Shown: positions 28,647-39,888 of the stretch, piece by piece | How the letters are laid out: every line of letters begins with the position of its first letter | Numbering within the stretch: position 1 is the first letter of the stretch | Assembly: GCA_963809895.1 (NCBI GenBank) | Contig: CAWELD010000003.1 | Location: 2,752,001 to 2,816,000, forward strand | Direction of reading: 5' to 3' | DNA: 64,000 nucleotides | Origin: an uncultured Gemmatimonadales bacterium | GTDB lineage: Bacteria; Gemmatimonadota; Gemmatimonadetes; Longimicrobiales; Gaopeijiaceae | The notes under the pieces: model-generated | Databases searched by the model: none | Told to the model about the DNA's origin: nothing | What the model saw: only the letters and a program-made list of their open reading frames with translations | Translations under genes and position numbers: made by a program

Positions 28647-28773
28647 GTCCACTCCCCGTGCAGCCCGCAAGCGGCCGGGGTCCGCCACACCGCGTGACGG
28701 ACCCCGGTGAAGACCCACGATCCGGCCGACCCCCCGCCGAAGGCAAGCGGCGCCGGAAGGCGCGGGCGTTCCC

Positions 28774-28896
28774 TCAGCGCTTCTCCTCGCCGGAATCCGG
28801 CTTCGAACGGCCGGCCTTCCAGATGAAGAAGATGGACACCAGCACGAGCACGTAGATGAAATCCGACGCGGGGTCGTGAGGGATCTTGCTGAACAT
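28774..28896 (-). CDS. 40-aa single-TM small protein (MFSKIPHDPASDFIYVLVLVSIFFIWKAGRSKPDSGEEKR)
   Basis: GGAGG RBS 5 nt before ATG, strong GC3 codon bias, one hydrophobic segment; too short for the ORF track. Confidence 0.7.
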   Translation of the reverse strand: MFSKIPHDPASDFIYVLVLVSIFFIWKAGRSKPDSGEEKR

Positions 28897-28995
28897 GTCG
28901 GCCTCCAAGGGCCTCGGGGATGACGACGGTCGCGCCGTGGTGGCACGAGCCAGTGGAGTGCGCGCCGCGCGGTCGGTGCCGGCGGCAGCGGAACG

Positions 28996-29430
28996 TCAAC
29001 CCCGCCCCGGAGGCGCGGTGGAGCGGTGAGGCAGGAAGAGACCGGCCGAGAGCCCGGACAGCCTCGGCGGCGGCAGCGACGAGCGACGTGGACGGTACGC
29101 CCCCGCGCCCGTGTGGCGAGGCGCCCGGAGGGCCGCGGCCGAGAGGTCCCCGTCGTCCGGGACCGGGCCCCGCTCGCGCAGGCCCGTGGCCTCGAGCGCC
29201 TCTCCGGCGCCGGCCATGAGCCCAGGCTCCGACGCCGGCCGACGCACGGCGTGGACCTCGCCTCCCGTCGCGTGTTCGATCCCCCCCGTCGCGGGCCGGG
29301 CCGGGCCTGGCGCCCGCGGGGCCAGACCGAGCGCGAGCCCGAGCGCGAGCAGGACCAGCCGCACCGGACCCCACCTGGTGGAGGTCGGGCCGACGCAGGC
29401 AGTCGAGGTGGTCTGTGGGATTGCCGTCAA
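28996..29430 (-). CDS. Possible low-complexity exported or leader protein ending LPHRSTAPPGRG
   Basis: Hydrophobic VRLVLLALGLALGLA segment and C-terminal TAPP; start uncertain (TTG 29430 or GTG 29364). Confidence 0.4.
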   Translation of the reverse strand: MTAIPQTTSTACVGPTSTRWGPVRLVLLALGLALGLAPRAPGPARPATGGIEHATGGEVHAVRRPASEPGLMAGAGEALEATGLRERGPVPDDGDLSAAALRAPRHTGAGAYRPRRSSLPPPRLSGLSAGLFLPHRSTAPPGRG

Positions 29431-29606
29431 GTGTCGGGTGGTGTCGGGGTCCAGGAAGGCGCCGCGTGGGCGGAGCCCCCACGAACCATGCGGTCGTCGG
29501 GAGCGTTCGGGCAATGGAGTCGGGAACCCGGCACCGTGGCGCCGGTACCCGCAGGAGAGCGCTCGTCCCTCCCCCATCCGCCCGTTCGCACCCCGGCAGA
29601 CTCGCC

Positions 29607-30416
29607 ATGTACTACCGACGGAACCCCACCCGGTTTCACCTCTCCCTCACGCTCGCGGCCGTCGCGGCAGCTGGCCTGGTCCCTTCGGCCCTGCGCGCGC
29701 AGGAGGCCGTGCCGACCCGACTGCTCGTGCGCGCCGTGGCCAACGACGCCAAGGTGATCGGCTCCGGCGTGGGTGGCGCACGCATCACCGTACTGGAGGC
29801 CGGCACGGGTGAGGTCCTGGCCGAGGGCGTCCAGGAAGGGTCCACCGGTGATACCGGGCGCATCATGGGCGCCCGGGCTCGGGGCGACACGGTGTTCGAC
29901 GTGGAGGGCACGGCGGGGTGGGAGACCACGCTCTCCCTCACCGGCCCGACGCCCGTGGAGATCGTGGCCGAAGGACCGCTCGGCACGCCGCACGCGACAC
30001 AGCGCGCCACCACGACCCTCCTGCTGCTGCCTGGAGAGGACGTGGTCGGCGAGGGTCTGGTGCTGGTCCTCCACGGCTTCACGGTGGAGATCCTCGGGCC
30101 CGACGACGGCGCCGAGCTCCGGCAAGGCCAGCCGCTGACGATCCGAGCGCGCATCACCATGCTGTGCGGATGCCCCACGGAGCCCGGGGGCAGGTGGGAC
30201 TCGGACCGCTACACGATTCGCGCCGAGCTCGTCCGGGGCGGCGCGCCCGTGGCGGCCGGGACACTCGCGTACGCCGGCGAGACCAGCACCTACGAGGGCA
30301 CGCTCTCCGTGCCCACGAGCCTGGACCCCGGCGAGTACACGCTCCGGGTCACCGCCGCCGATCCCGCACGGGCCAATCTGGGGATGGCCGAGACGGTCAT
30401 GCGGGCGGGGCGTTGA
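29607..30416 (+). CDS. Secreted hypothetical protein with MLCGCP motif and Ig-like C-terminal domain
   Basis: Signal peptide ALRA-Q; RAVANDAKVIGSGVGGA start; beta-rich. Confidence 0.75.
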   Translation: MYYRRNPTRFHLSLTLAAVAAAGLVPSALRAQEAVPTRLLVRAVANDAKVIGSGVGGARITVLEAGTGEVLAEGVQEGSTGDTGRIMGARARGDTVFDVEGTAGWETTLSLTGPTPVEIVAEGPLGTPHATQRATTTLLLLPGEDVVGEGLVLVLHGFTVEILGPDDGAELRQGQPLTIRARITMLCGCPTEPGGRWDSDRYTIRAELVRGGAPVAAGTLAYAGETSTYEGTLSVPTSLDPGEYTLRVTAADPARANLGMAETVMRAGR

Positions 30417-31165
30417 GGGCTGGGGTCCCGGAGGGGGAGGCGATCTCGGTCGCCATTCCGGGACCTCTGGTCCGCGCCCGCTTCGTCGCCCGACCGAACC
30501 GCTTCGTCCTGCGCGTCACCCTGGACGACGACAAGGGCGGGCCCGCAGGGGAGCCGGTAGAAGCCCACATGGCCGATCCCGGTCGCCTCGAGGAGCTCCT
30601 GCTGCCGGGTGCTCACCTGCTCCTGCGACCGGCCCGCAAGGCCGCCCGCCGCACCCGCTGGAGCGCCGTGCTGGTGGAGGCGCCGCAGGGCGGATGGGTC
30701 TCTCTCGACACGACGCTGCCCAACCGGCTCGTGGCCCGCGCGCTGGAAGCCGGAGCGCTCGACGAGCTCGCGGGCTGGCAGCTCGTCCGGCGGGAGTGGA
30801 CCCACGGTCGCTCGCGTTTCGACTTCCTGCTGGCGCACGAGACCGGTGACAGGATGGCGCTCGAGGTGAAGAGCGTGACCCTGGTCGAGGACGGCGTGGC
30901 CCGCTTTCCCGACGCGGTCACCGCCCGGGGCGCGCGGCACGTGAGCGAGCTCACGGACCTCGCCGGCCGGCCCGGTTGGCAGGCCACCGTCCTGTTCGTA
31001 CTCCAGCGAGACGACGCCCGGCGGATCCACGCAGCGCCGGACATCGACCCCGTGTTCGCACAGGCCCTGGAGGATGCGCGCGCGGCCGGCGTCCGCATCC
31101 TGGGGCGGCGCTGCCGGGTGGCACCCGCGGGTGTGACGCTGGGAGCGCCGGTCCCGGCGGGATAA
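30413..31165 (+). CDS. sfsA: Sugar fermentation stimulation protein SfsA (PD-(D/E)xK nuclease fold)
   Basis: RPNRF, HMADPGRL.ELL, SRFDFLL, EVKSVTL, FPDAVTARG..H; probable TTG start overlapping the upstream stop. Confidence 0.9.
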   Translation: MRAGVPEGEAISVAIPGPLVRARFVARPNRFVLRVTLDDDKGGPAGEPVEAHMADPGRLEELLLPGAHLLLRPARKAARRTRWSAVLVEAPQGGWVSLDTTLPNRLVARALEAGALDELAGWQLVRREWTHGRSRFDFLLAHETGDRMALEVKSVTLVEDGVARFPDAVTARGARHVSELTDLAGRPGWQATVLFVLQRDDARRIHAAPDIDPVFAQALEDARAAGVRILGRRCRVAPAGVTLGAPVPAG

Positions 31166-31180
31166 CGCCGTCCGCTCGGA

Positions 31181-31930
31181 TCAGGCCCCGCCGCCCAGTG
31201 CCTCCAGGCGGCGCTGGGCACCGCGGTTCTGGGGATCCAGCTCCAGCGTCTTTCGGTAGGCTGCCAGCGCCCCCTCGGTGTCGCCCGCGGCCTCCCGGAG
31301 CTGACCCGTGGCGAACCAGGCCTGGGGCGAGTCGGGATAGAACTCCAGCGCCAGATCCATGACGGCCATGGCCTCGGGCACATGGTCGCCACGGGCCAAC
31401 GACGTCCCGGTCTCCAGCAGCGGGCGAACGCCGAAGTCGTAGGCACGACCACCGAAGTAGCGCTCGCGGAGCTCCTTGTAGCGTGCCTGGGCGGCATCGG
31501 CACCGTCCTCCAGCGCCGTGCGCTCCAACACGGACTCGATGGGCTCGGGCCGCGACACCCCCCCGTGGCAGGTGGAACAGGTCACGGCCACGTTGGGCTC
31601 ACGCCGCTCGGGGAGCGCGCTCAGGTACTCGCCGTTGATGGCCTGCACCATCTTGAGCATCTGGCGAGCCTTCCGCTTGAGGGCCTTGTCGTCGGAGGCG
31701 AAATCGTAGGTGGAGAACGGCTGTCCCTCCTCGCCTACGTGGCAGTTGCTGCACCGGTAGCCGGTGGCGAAGGAGAATCCCCTCATGACCGCCGTGAGCT
31801 CGTTGCGGGCGATGTCTTTCGGAAGCACCTGCAGGTTCTCGAAGGTGTCCGGAATCTGGGCCTTGACCGGCGCCGCCAGCACCAGGGCAGCGGCCAGGGC
31901 GGTCACGCCGCCATTCACCGTGGTACGCAC
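31181..31930 (-). CDS. Periplasmic diheme c-type cytochrome (reaction-centre cytochrome-like domain) plus TPR
   Basis: Signal peptide; NLQVLP, CSNCH, FASDDK..K..AR.M..M, VTCSTCH; C-terminal TPR helices. Confidence 0.82.
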   Translation of the reverse strand: MRTTVNGGVTALAAALVLAAPVKAQIPDTFENLQVLPKDIARNELTAVMRGFSFATGYRCSNCHVGEEGQPFSTYDFASDDKALKRKARQMLKMVQAINGEYLSALPERREPNVAVTCSTCHGGVSRPEPIESVLERTALEDGADAAQARYKELRERYFGGRAYDFGVRPLLETGTSLARGDHVPEAMAVMDLALEFYPDSPQAWFATGQLREAAGDTEGALAAYRKTLELDPQNRGAQRRLEALGGGA

Positions 31931-32074
31931 GTCGTTCGCTCCTGAGGAGAGGGTAGAGGGCCGAGCGGACTGGGGCAGGAATGACAATCTGAGGGGGGCC
32001 CGCCGTTCGCGCATCTGATACGACGCGCCGGACCCCGCGTTGCTCCCCCCGGGCCGGGGCGTTTTCTTCTGCAC

Positions 32075-33856
32075 ATGGATCTCTCTGTACCCGCGGCCGC
32101 GCTCTCGGAGCTGGCAGCCGCCTATCTGCAGGCCACCATCACCGTCGCCCTGGCGGGGATGTGCGCCTACCTCTACCGCCGCTACGGCAAGCCCTACTTC
32201 CAGGCCTGGGCGCTGGCCTGGATGGTCTACGCGCTGCGCATGGGCGCCATCATCTCCTTCATGCACACCGAGGCGTCGGCGTGGCTCTACTGGCACCAGG
32301 TGTTCACCGGGTGGACCGCATTGGCCTTCCTGTGGGCGGCGCTGGTGTTCTGGCGGCGCCTGCCGTGGCGGCGGGCCTACGGGCTCTACATCCTCTTTCC
32401 GCCGCTGTGGTCCTACGTCGCCATCTACCGGCTCGACAACTTCTTCCTGGCGGCCGGGCCCGCGGTGCTCTTCCTGAGCGCCGCCACAGCGGCCATGGGC
32501 TGGGCCTTCATCCGCTATCACCGGGAGACCGGCTCCGCGGCGGCCCGCCTGGTGGCGGTGGCGGTCTTCCTGTGGGCCGTGCACCACCTGGACTACCCCT
32601 TCCTGCGCGCCCGGGGCGTCTGGAATCCCTGGGGATACTACCTGGACCTCCTCTTCGAGCTGGCGCTGGGCACCGGCATCCTGCTCCTGGTCCAGGAGGA
32701 TCTGGACGAGGGATTGCGGGCCCTGTCCACCCTGTCGGCGGAGCTCCAACCCCGGAGCCGCACCGAGAACCTTCCGGTGGCGCTGCTGGACCGGGCGCTC
32801 ACGCTGCGTGCCGTGCGGGGGAGCGCGCTGTTCCTGGGCAAGCCGGTGGACGGTCCGGCCGTCGCCGCGGCGGGAGACTGCGCACCATGGATCTCAGCGC
32901 CTCCGCCCAGCGGTGTGCGCGAGGTGCTGCGGCGGGTGGTGGGCTCCGGAGCGCCCCAGGTCGCCTCGGGCGTGCACGGTGGCCCCGCGGGTCCGGACCT
33001 GGGGGGACACGCCTACCTGGCGGCGCTTCCGGTCCTGAAGGGCGAGGCGGTGGCGGGCGCCCTGGTCGTGGTGGGCGAAGCGCGCGATCCGTTCACGGCG
33101 CTCGACACACCGTTCCTGGTTGCGCTCGGCCAGCAGGTCGGCGCGGCGCTGGAGAACGCCGACCTCACCCGGCGCCTGGCCGACCGGACCGCCGACCTGG
33201 AGCGGCTGCAGGCCCAGCTGTTGCGCCGCCACGAGGAGGAGCGCAAGCGCATCTCGCGCGAGCTTCACGACGAGACCGCCCAGGTGCTGGCGGCCGTGAG
33301 CCTCCAGCTGGGCGTCCTCCAGGAACAGGGCTCGCCGGAGCTGGCGGCCTCGCTGGACCGCGCCCGCAGCCTGCTGGGCGAAGGCATCCGTACCATCCGC
33401 AGCGTCACCCGCAATCTCCGCCCCGTCGCCCTCGACGACCTCGGACTCCTGCCCGCGCTGCGCGCGCTGTCCCGCGATCTGGGCGGGGGCGAGGACTCGA
33501 CCCTGGACGTCTCGTTCCGGGCGCCGACGCAGCTGCCGCCGGTGCAGCCCGAGGCCGAGCTCGCCCTCTACAGGGCGGTGCAGGAAGGTCTGGCGAACGC
33601 GGTGCGCCACGGCAACGCCAGCCAGGTCGAGGTCGGTGTCGAGGTGCGGGACCGAGGGATCGGGCTCCGGGTGGACGACGACGGTCTCGGGTATCCTCAG
33701 GGTCTCGTGGACGGCAGCGGAAAGCGGCAGTCCGGTCTGGCAGGCATTCGCGAGCGAGTCATGGCCGTGGGCGGATTCATGACCCTGGGGCAAGCCGACC
33801 TGGGAGGAGCGCGCATGGAGATCTGGATTCCGGCGAACGAGGAGGGTGAGGGATGA
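32075..33856 (+). CDS. Sensor histidine kinase (about 7 TM + GAF + HisKA_3 + HATPase)
   Basis: EEERKRISRELHDE, QEGLANAVRH, DDGLG, GLAGIRER. Confidence 0.93.
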   Translation: MDLSVPAAALSELAAAYLQATITVALAGMCAYLYRRYGKPYFQAWALAWMVYALRMGAIISFMHTEASAWLYWHQVFTGWTALAFLWAALVFWRRLPWRRAYGLYILFPPLWSYVAIYRLDNFFLAAGPAVLFLSAATAAMGWAFIRYHRETGSAAARLVAVAVFLWAVHHLDYPFLRARGVWNPWGYYLDLLFELALGTGILLLVQEDLDEGLRALSTLSAELQPRSRTENLPVALLDRALTLRAVRGSALFLGKPVDGPAVAAAGDCAPWISAPPPSGVREVLRRVVGSGAPQVASGVHGGPAGPDLGGHAYLAALPVLKGEAVAGALVVVGEARDPFTALDTPFLVALGQQVGAALENADLTRRLADRTADLERLQAQLLRRHEEERKRISRELHDETAQVLAAVSLQLGVLQEQGSPELAASLDRARSLLGEGIRTIRSVTRNLRPVALDDLGLLPALRALSRDLGGGEDSTLDVSFRAPTQLPPVQPEAELALYRAVQEGLANAVRHGNASQVEVGVEVRDRGIGLRVDDDGLGYPQGLVDGSGKRQSGLAGIRERVMAVGGFMTLGQADLGGARMEIWIPANEEGEG

Positions 33857-34527
33857 GTGACGAGACGATCCGTGTGGTGGTGGCCGACGACCACGCCATC
33901 GTGCGCGAGGGAATCCGGCACGTGCTGGAGCGTATGCCGAACCTCCAGGTGGTGGCGGAGGCGGCCGACGGCGAGGAGGTGCTGGCCCTGGTCGAGGAGC
34001 ACGCGCCCGACGTGGTGGTGCTGGACGTCACCATGCCGGGCCTCACCGGCCTCGAGGTGACCCGCCTGTTGCGCGAGCGGGAAGACGGCATGGGCATCCT
34101 CATTCTCAGCATGCACGACAACCCGGAGTACGTGCTCGAGGCGGTGCGGGCGGGAGCCGACGGGTACGTGCTCAAGGACGCCGGGCCAGCGGAGCTGCGG
34201 AGCGCCGTCCAGGCCGCCCACGCGGGCAAGGAGTATCTGAGCGAGCGTGTGACCCACCAGCTCTCGGTGGCGCTCCGGGCGGAGCTCGAGCAGGAGCAGC
34301 GGCGCACCCGCCTGGACCAGCTCACCCCCCGCGAGCGGGAGGTCCTGCTCGAGGTCTCACGTGGGCGCACGAGCAAGGAGATCGCCGAGGATTTCGGCAT
34401 CAGCCATCGCACGGTGGAGACGCACCGCGAGCGCGTGATGTCCAAGCTCCGCATCCGCTCGGTGGCGGGCCTGACGCGCTTCGTGCTGGAGAGCGGACTG
34501 GCCGAACAGCCCGACGAGACTCCGTAG
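33853..34527 (+). CDS. NarL/LuxR-family response regulator
   Basis: ADDH..VREG, LDVTMP, LTPREREVL, TVETHR. Confidence 0.95.
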   Translation: MSDETIRVVVADDHAIVREGIRHVLERMPNLQVVAEAADGEEVLALVEEHAPDVVVLDVTMPGLTGLEVTRLLREREDGMGILILSMHDNPEYVLEAVRAGADGYVLKDAGPAELRSAVQAAHAGKEYLSERVTHQLSVALRAELEQEQRRTRLDQLTPREREVLLEVSRGRTSKEIAEDFGISHRTVETHRERVMSKLRIRSVAGLTRFVLESGLAEQPDETP

Positions 34528-34564
34528 ATCTACGGAGGGCGAATTGGGTACACTCCCGACTTAC

Positions 34565-34578
34565 GCGCGATATCGCGC
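34565..34578. promoter_or_regulatory. Perfect 14-bp palindrome upstream of the TonB receptor
   Basis: GCGCGATATCGCGC, 65 nt before ATG 34643. Confidence 0.35.
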
Positions 34579-34642
34579 ACCTTAAGGTTTCTCTGGGGGC
34601 CCGGACGAACGGGCACTGCATCCACACCAACCCCAGGAACCG

Positions 34643-36822
<2,180 letters not shown>

Positions 36823-36823
<1 letters not shown>

Positions 36824-37545
36824 TGCGCGACCCGGTGCAGTTCATCCCCATCGCCACCACGATCGTCGCCTTCCTCTTCGCGCCGGTGGTCTTCCGCCGC
36901 TGGCGCCAGAGGAAGTCCGGCCCTCATCTGCTCTGGTGGGCCGCCGGCATCGCCCTCTACGGCGTGGGAACCTTCACCGAATCCTGGACGACGCTGTTCG
37001 GCTGGAACGTGTGGGTGTTCCGGAGCTGGTACGTCTCCGGTGCGCTCCTGGGCGGGGCTCCCCTGGCGCAGGGGACGGTCTATCTGCTCTTCTCGCGCAA
37101 GGTGGCCGACCGCATGGCGGCCGGACTCATCACCGCTGTCGCCATCGCGACGGTGGTCGTCTTCCTGAGCCCGATCCAGTACGAGCTCGTGGAGGCGCAC
37201 CACCTGACCGGGCGCGTCATGCTCTGGCAGCAGGCGCGGCTCTTCAGCCCGTTCATCAACACCTACGCCTTCATCTTCCTGGTGGGCGGGGCGGCCTGGT
37301 CGGCGTGGAAGTTCCGCGGCGACGCCAGCGCACGACACCGGGTGCTGGGCAACATCTACATCACGGTGGGAGCCCTGTTGCCGGGCATCGGGGGGATGGC
37401 CACCCGCTTCGGGCACACCGAGGTGCTCTACGTGATGGAGTTCATCGGCCTGATCCTCATCTGGGTCGGCTACCGGTACAACGTAGGCGGCATGCGCCGC
37501 GGGGCGCCCAAGGTCGCCGGATCCCAGGCGGAGGCCACGGCCTGA
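36823..37545 (+). CDS. Integral membrane protein (about 7 TM), unknown function
   Basis: Seven hydrophobic segments; TGATG coupling to the receptor. Confidence 0.8.
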
Positions 37546-37638
37546 CGGGATCTGCCCTGCGACGAACCGAACCGTCAGCGGCCCGGGGGCGAGTACCGCC
37601 TCCGGGCCGCGTCGCGTTCCAGCGAGTCGTTCCAGCCC

Positions 37639-39825
37639 TCAGCGGCTGGAAACGTAGGGGCGGCCCGCACGGTAGAGCGCCAAGCGCCCCTCCATCGCTC
37701 CGGCGAGGGTCCCGTTCCCAGCCTCCCGCGCAGCCTGGAGTCCCTCCTCCGCCAGCGCCACGGCCCGGTCGAAACGCCCAGCCGCGGCATAGGCGGCGGC
37801 CTGCACGTCGGCCACGGAGGGAGCCAGTCCCGTGCTGGCCCGGATCTGGTCGGCCAATCCGCCCGCGATCTCGGGCCTCCGCACCGCCGGATCCGGATCG
37901 GTAGCCAGCGACCAGGCCACGGCCAACGCCGCCTGCACGTTGCCACCGTCCTGCGCGAGGCCCGCGTTCAGCTCCCGGAGAGCCTCTTCCGCCCTGCCGA
38001 GCTGGACGAGCGTCAGCGCCAGGTTGAAGTACGCCTCGGGAAAGCTGTCCCGGACCTCCAACGCCTGTCGGAAACGCGGCTCCGCCTGGGCCGGCAGGTC
38101 CAGGTCCTTGAGGACGCTGCCCAGGTTGTTGAGCGCCTCGGCCGAGGAGGAGTCGGCCTCAACCGCGCGCGCCAGGCTGCGCCTCGCGCCCGTCAGATCT
38201 CCGCGGCTCGCCTGCATGCGGCCCAGGGCGCTCCATGCAGGCGCGAAATCCGGCAGGGCCTCGGTGGCCAACCGGTAATGGCGGAAGGCCTCGTCGGGCC
38301 GGCTCTGGTCCTCCAGGAGCAGGCCCAGGTTGTAGTGGGCCTGGGCGAAATCCGGGCGCGCCTCGATGGCTCGCTCGTAGTGGCGGGCGGCGGCGTAGGG
38401 CTCGCCCCGGGCCTGGTCCACGGTGCCCAGGCCGTAGTGCGCATCGGCGTCCATGGAATCCAACGCGACCAGATGCTCCCACCCCTGCACCTTGTCGTGG
38501 ATGTCCTTTTCCGCCAGCACGCCGGCCAGACCCGGCAGATCCGCGGGGTCGTCGGGCACGACCTGCAGCCAGAACTCCGCCATCTCATCGCTGGACGTGG
38601 GGCCGTACACCACCCGCACGGGCGGGTGGCTCGGATTGTGGGGATTCCCTGCGGAGTTGTCGAACGTCCAGCGCAGGTCGAGGCGTGTGCCCGCCGGTAA
38701 CGCCACCGGCTCCTGGTATCGGTAGGCGTCCTGCCAGTTGAAGTCCCACTCGGGGATCGTCATGAGCGAGAAGGCGTCACCGCCCGGGGGGCGCGCCGTG
38801 ACCGTGAGGTGCCGGCCCAGGTAGTGCGCATGCGGATAGGCGCCCACGGCGTGGACGTCCACCGGCAGCACGATGGAGTCGTCCACGGCGTAGGCCGAGT
38901 CGCCGGGTGGTATGTCCATGGTCTGCCCGCCCAGGCGAACGATGAGCGGAGTCTGTTCCGGCGGCTGGTCCGTGAAGTAGAGTCCCACCCTGGCCGACAC
39001 CAGTTCCGGCTGACCCGTGGGACGCAGATGGAACTGGACGATGAAGTCCGAGCCGGGCTGCAGCTGCCATCCCATGCCGTCCGGGAAGGGCCGCGGGACC
39101 CTGCCGGGCGTCCATCCCAGGAAGAAGCCCCCCGGAAGGCGTGCCTCCGTGCGCGAGAACATCTCGTCGAACCCCGGGAGCGAGTCCTGGGCATCGGCCA
39201 GGCGCGACGAGGGCGTGTCGTCCACGCGCATGGTGGCGTGGTGGACCACCCGTGGATTGTCCGGGCGCAGCTCAACCGCCCGCACCCAGCGCGGCCGGTC
39301 GGAGGTGACGGGGAGCACGAAGTTGCGGAACAGGTCGCGCCCTCCCGCGGGAACCGGAAACGTGTCGTTCATGGTCAGCACCAGATCCGGCTCCCCCAAC
39401 GCCCAGCCACTGGGCCAGCTCGGAGGCGCGGGTTCCGTGGTGGAATCGCCCCGGGGCGCCCCGGCCTCGGCCCAGGCCACCAGCGTCGCGATCTGGTCGT
39501 CGGACAGGCGCCGCTCAGCCGCGAAGGCCGGTCCCACGTGCGAGGGCAACCAGGGTGGCATGCGGCGCTCCGACACCGCGGCCGCCACCTGCTCCGCGAC
39601 GGCGGCGGCGTCCTGATAGGTCAGCAGCGCGAAGGGCGCCGGGCCCTCGGGCCGATGACAGGACGCGCAGTTCTCGTCCAGCACGGTGGCCACGTCAGCG
39701 GCGTAGGTGGGAGGCCCGGAATGGCAGGCGGCCACCGTGACGAGCGTGACGGCGGGCGGGAGCATGCGGGCGAGAACCGGGGATCGAACGCCGGGGCGGA
39801 CGCGCAAGCGGCGTGGGGAAAGCAT
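37639..39825 (-). CDS. Cytochrome c plus copper type II (PHM/DBH-like) monooxygenase domains plus TPR; probable lipoprotein (start may be 39765)
   Basis: CASCH and MPPW; VVHH, QFH, PHAH, WDFNWQ..Y, DEM; multiple TPRs. Confidence 0.8.
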   Translation of the reverse strand: MLSPRRLRVRPGVRSPVLARMLPPAVTLVTVAACHSGPPTYAADVATVLDENCASCHRPEGPAPFALLTYQDAAAVAEQVAAAVSERRMPPWLPSHVGPAFAAERRLSDDQIATLVAWAEAGAPRGDSTTEPAPPSWPSGWALGEPDLVLTMNDTFPVPAGGRDLFRNFVLPVTSDRPRWVRAVELRPDNPRVVHHATMRVDDTPSSRLADAQDSLPGFDEMFSRTEARLPGGFFLGWTPGRVPRPFPDGMGWQLQPGSDFIVQFHLRPTGQPELVSARVGLYFTDQPPEQTPLIVRLGGQTMDIPPGDSAYAVDDSIVLPVDVHAVGAYPHAHYLGRHLTVTARPPGGDAFSLMTIPEWDFNWQDAYRYQEPVALPAGTRLDLRWTFDNSAGNPHNPSHPPVRVVYGPTSSDEMAEFWLQVVPDDPADLPGLAGVLAEKDIHDKVQGWEHLVALDSMDADAHYGLGTVDQARGEPYAAARHYERAIEARPDFAQAHYNLGLLLEDQSRPDEAFRHYRLATEALPDFAPAWSALGRMQASRGDLTGARRSLARAVEADSSSAEALNNLGSVLKDLDLPAQAEPRFRQALEVRDSFPEAYFNLALTLVQLGRAEEALRELNAGLAQDGGNVQAALAVAWSLATDPDPAVRRPEIAGGLADQIRASTGLAPSVADVQAAAYAAAGRFDRAVALAEEGLQAAREAGNGTLAGAMEGRLALYRAGRPYVSSR

Positions 39826-39888
39826 GAGGGTACTGCCGGCGAGAAGGCGGGAAGGCTACTTCACCCTCCCTGGACCCCCCATCCCCGG

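Noticed and set aside
31181..31930. Phototrophy inferred from the PufC-like cytochrome and the Ycf48-like propeller (60821-61915)
   Set aside because: Both are widespread generic domains; no puf, bch or psb genes here
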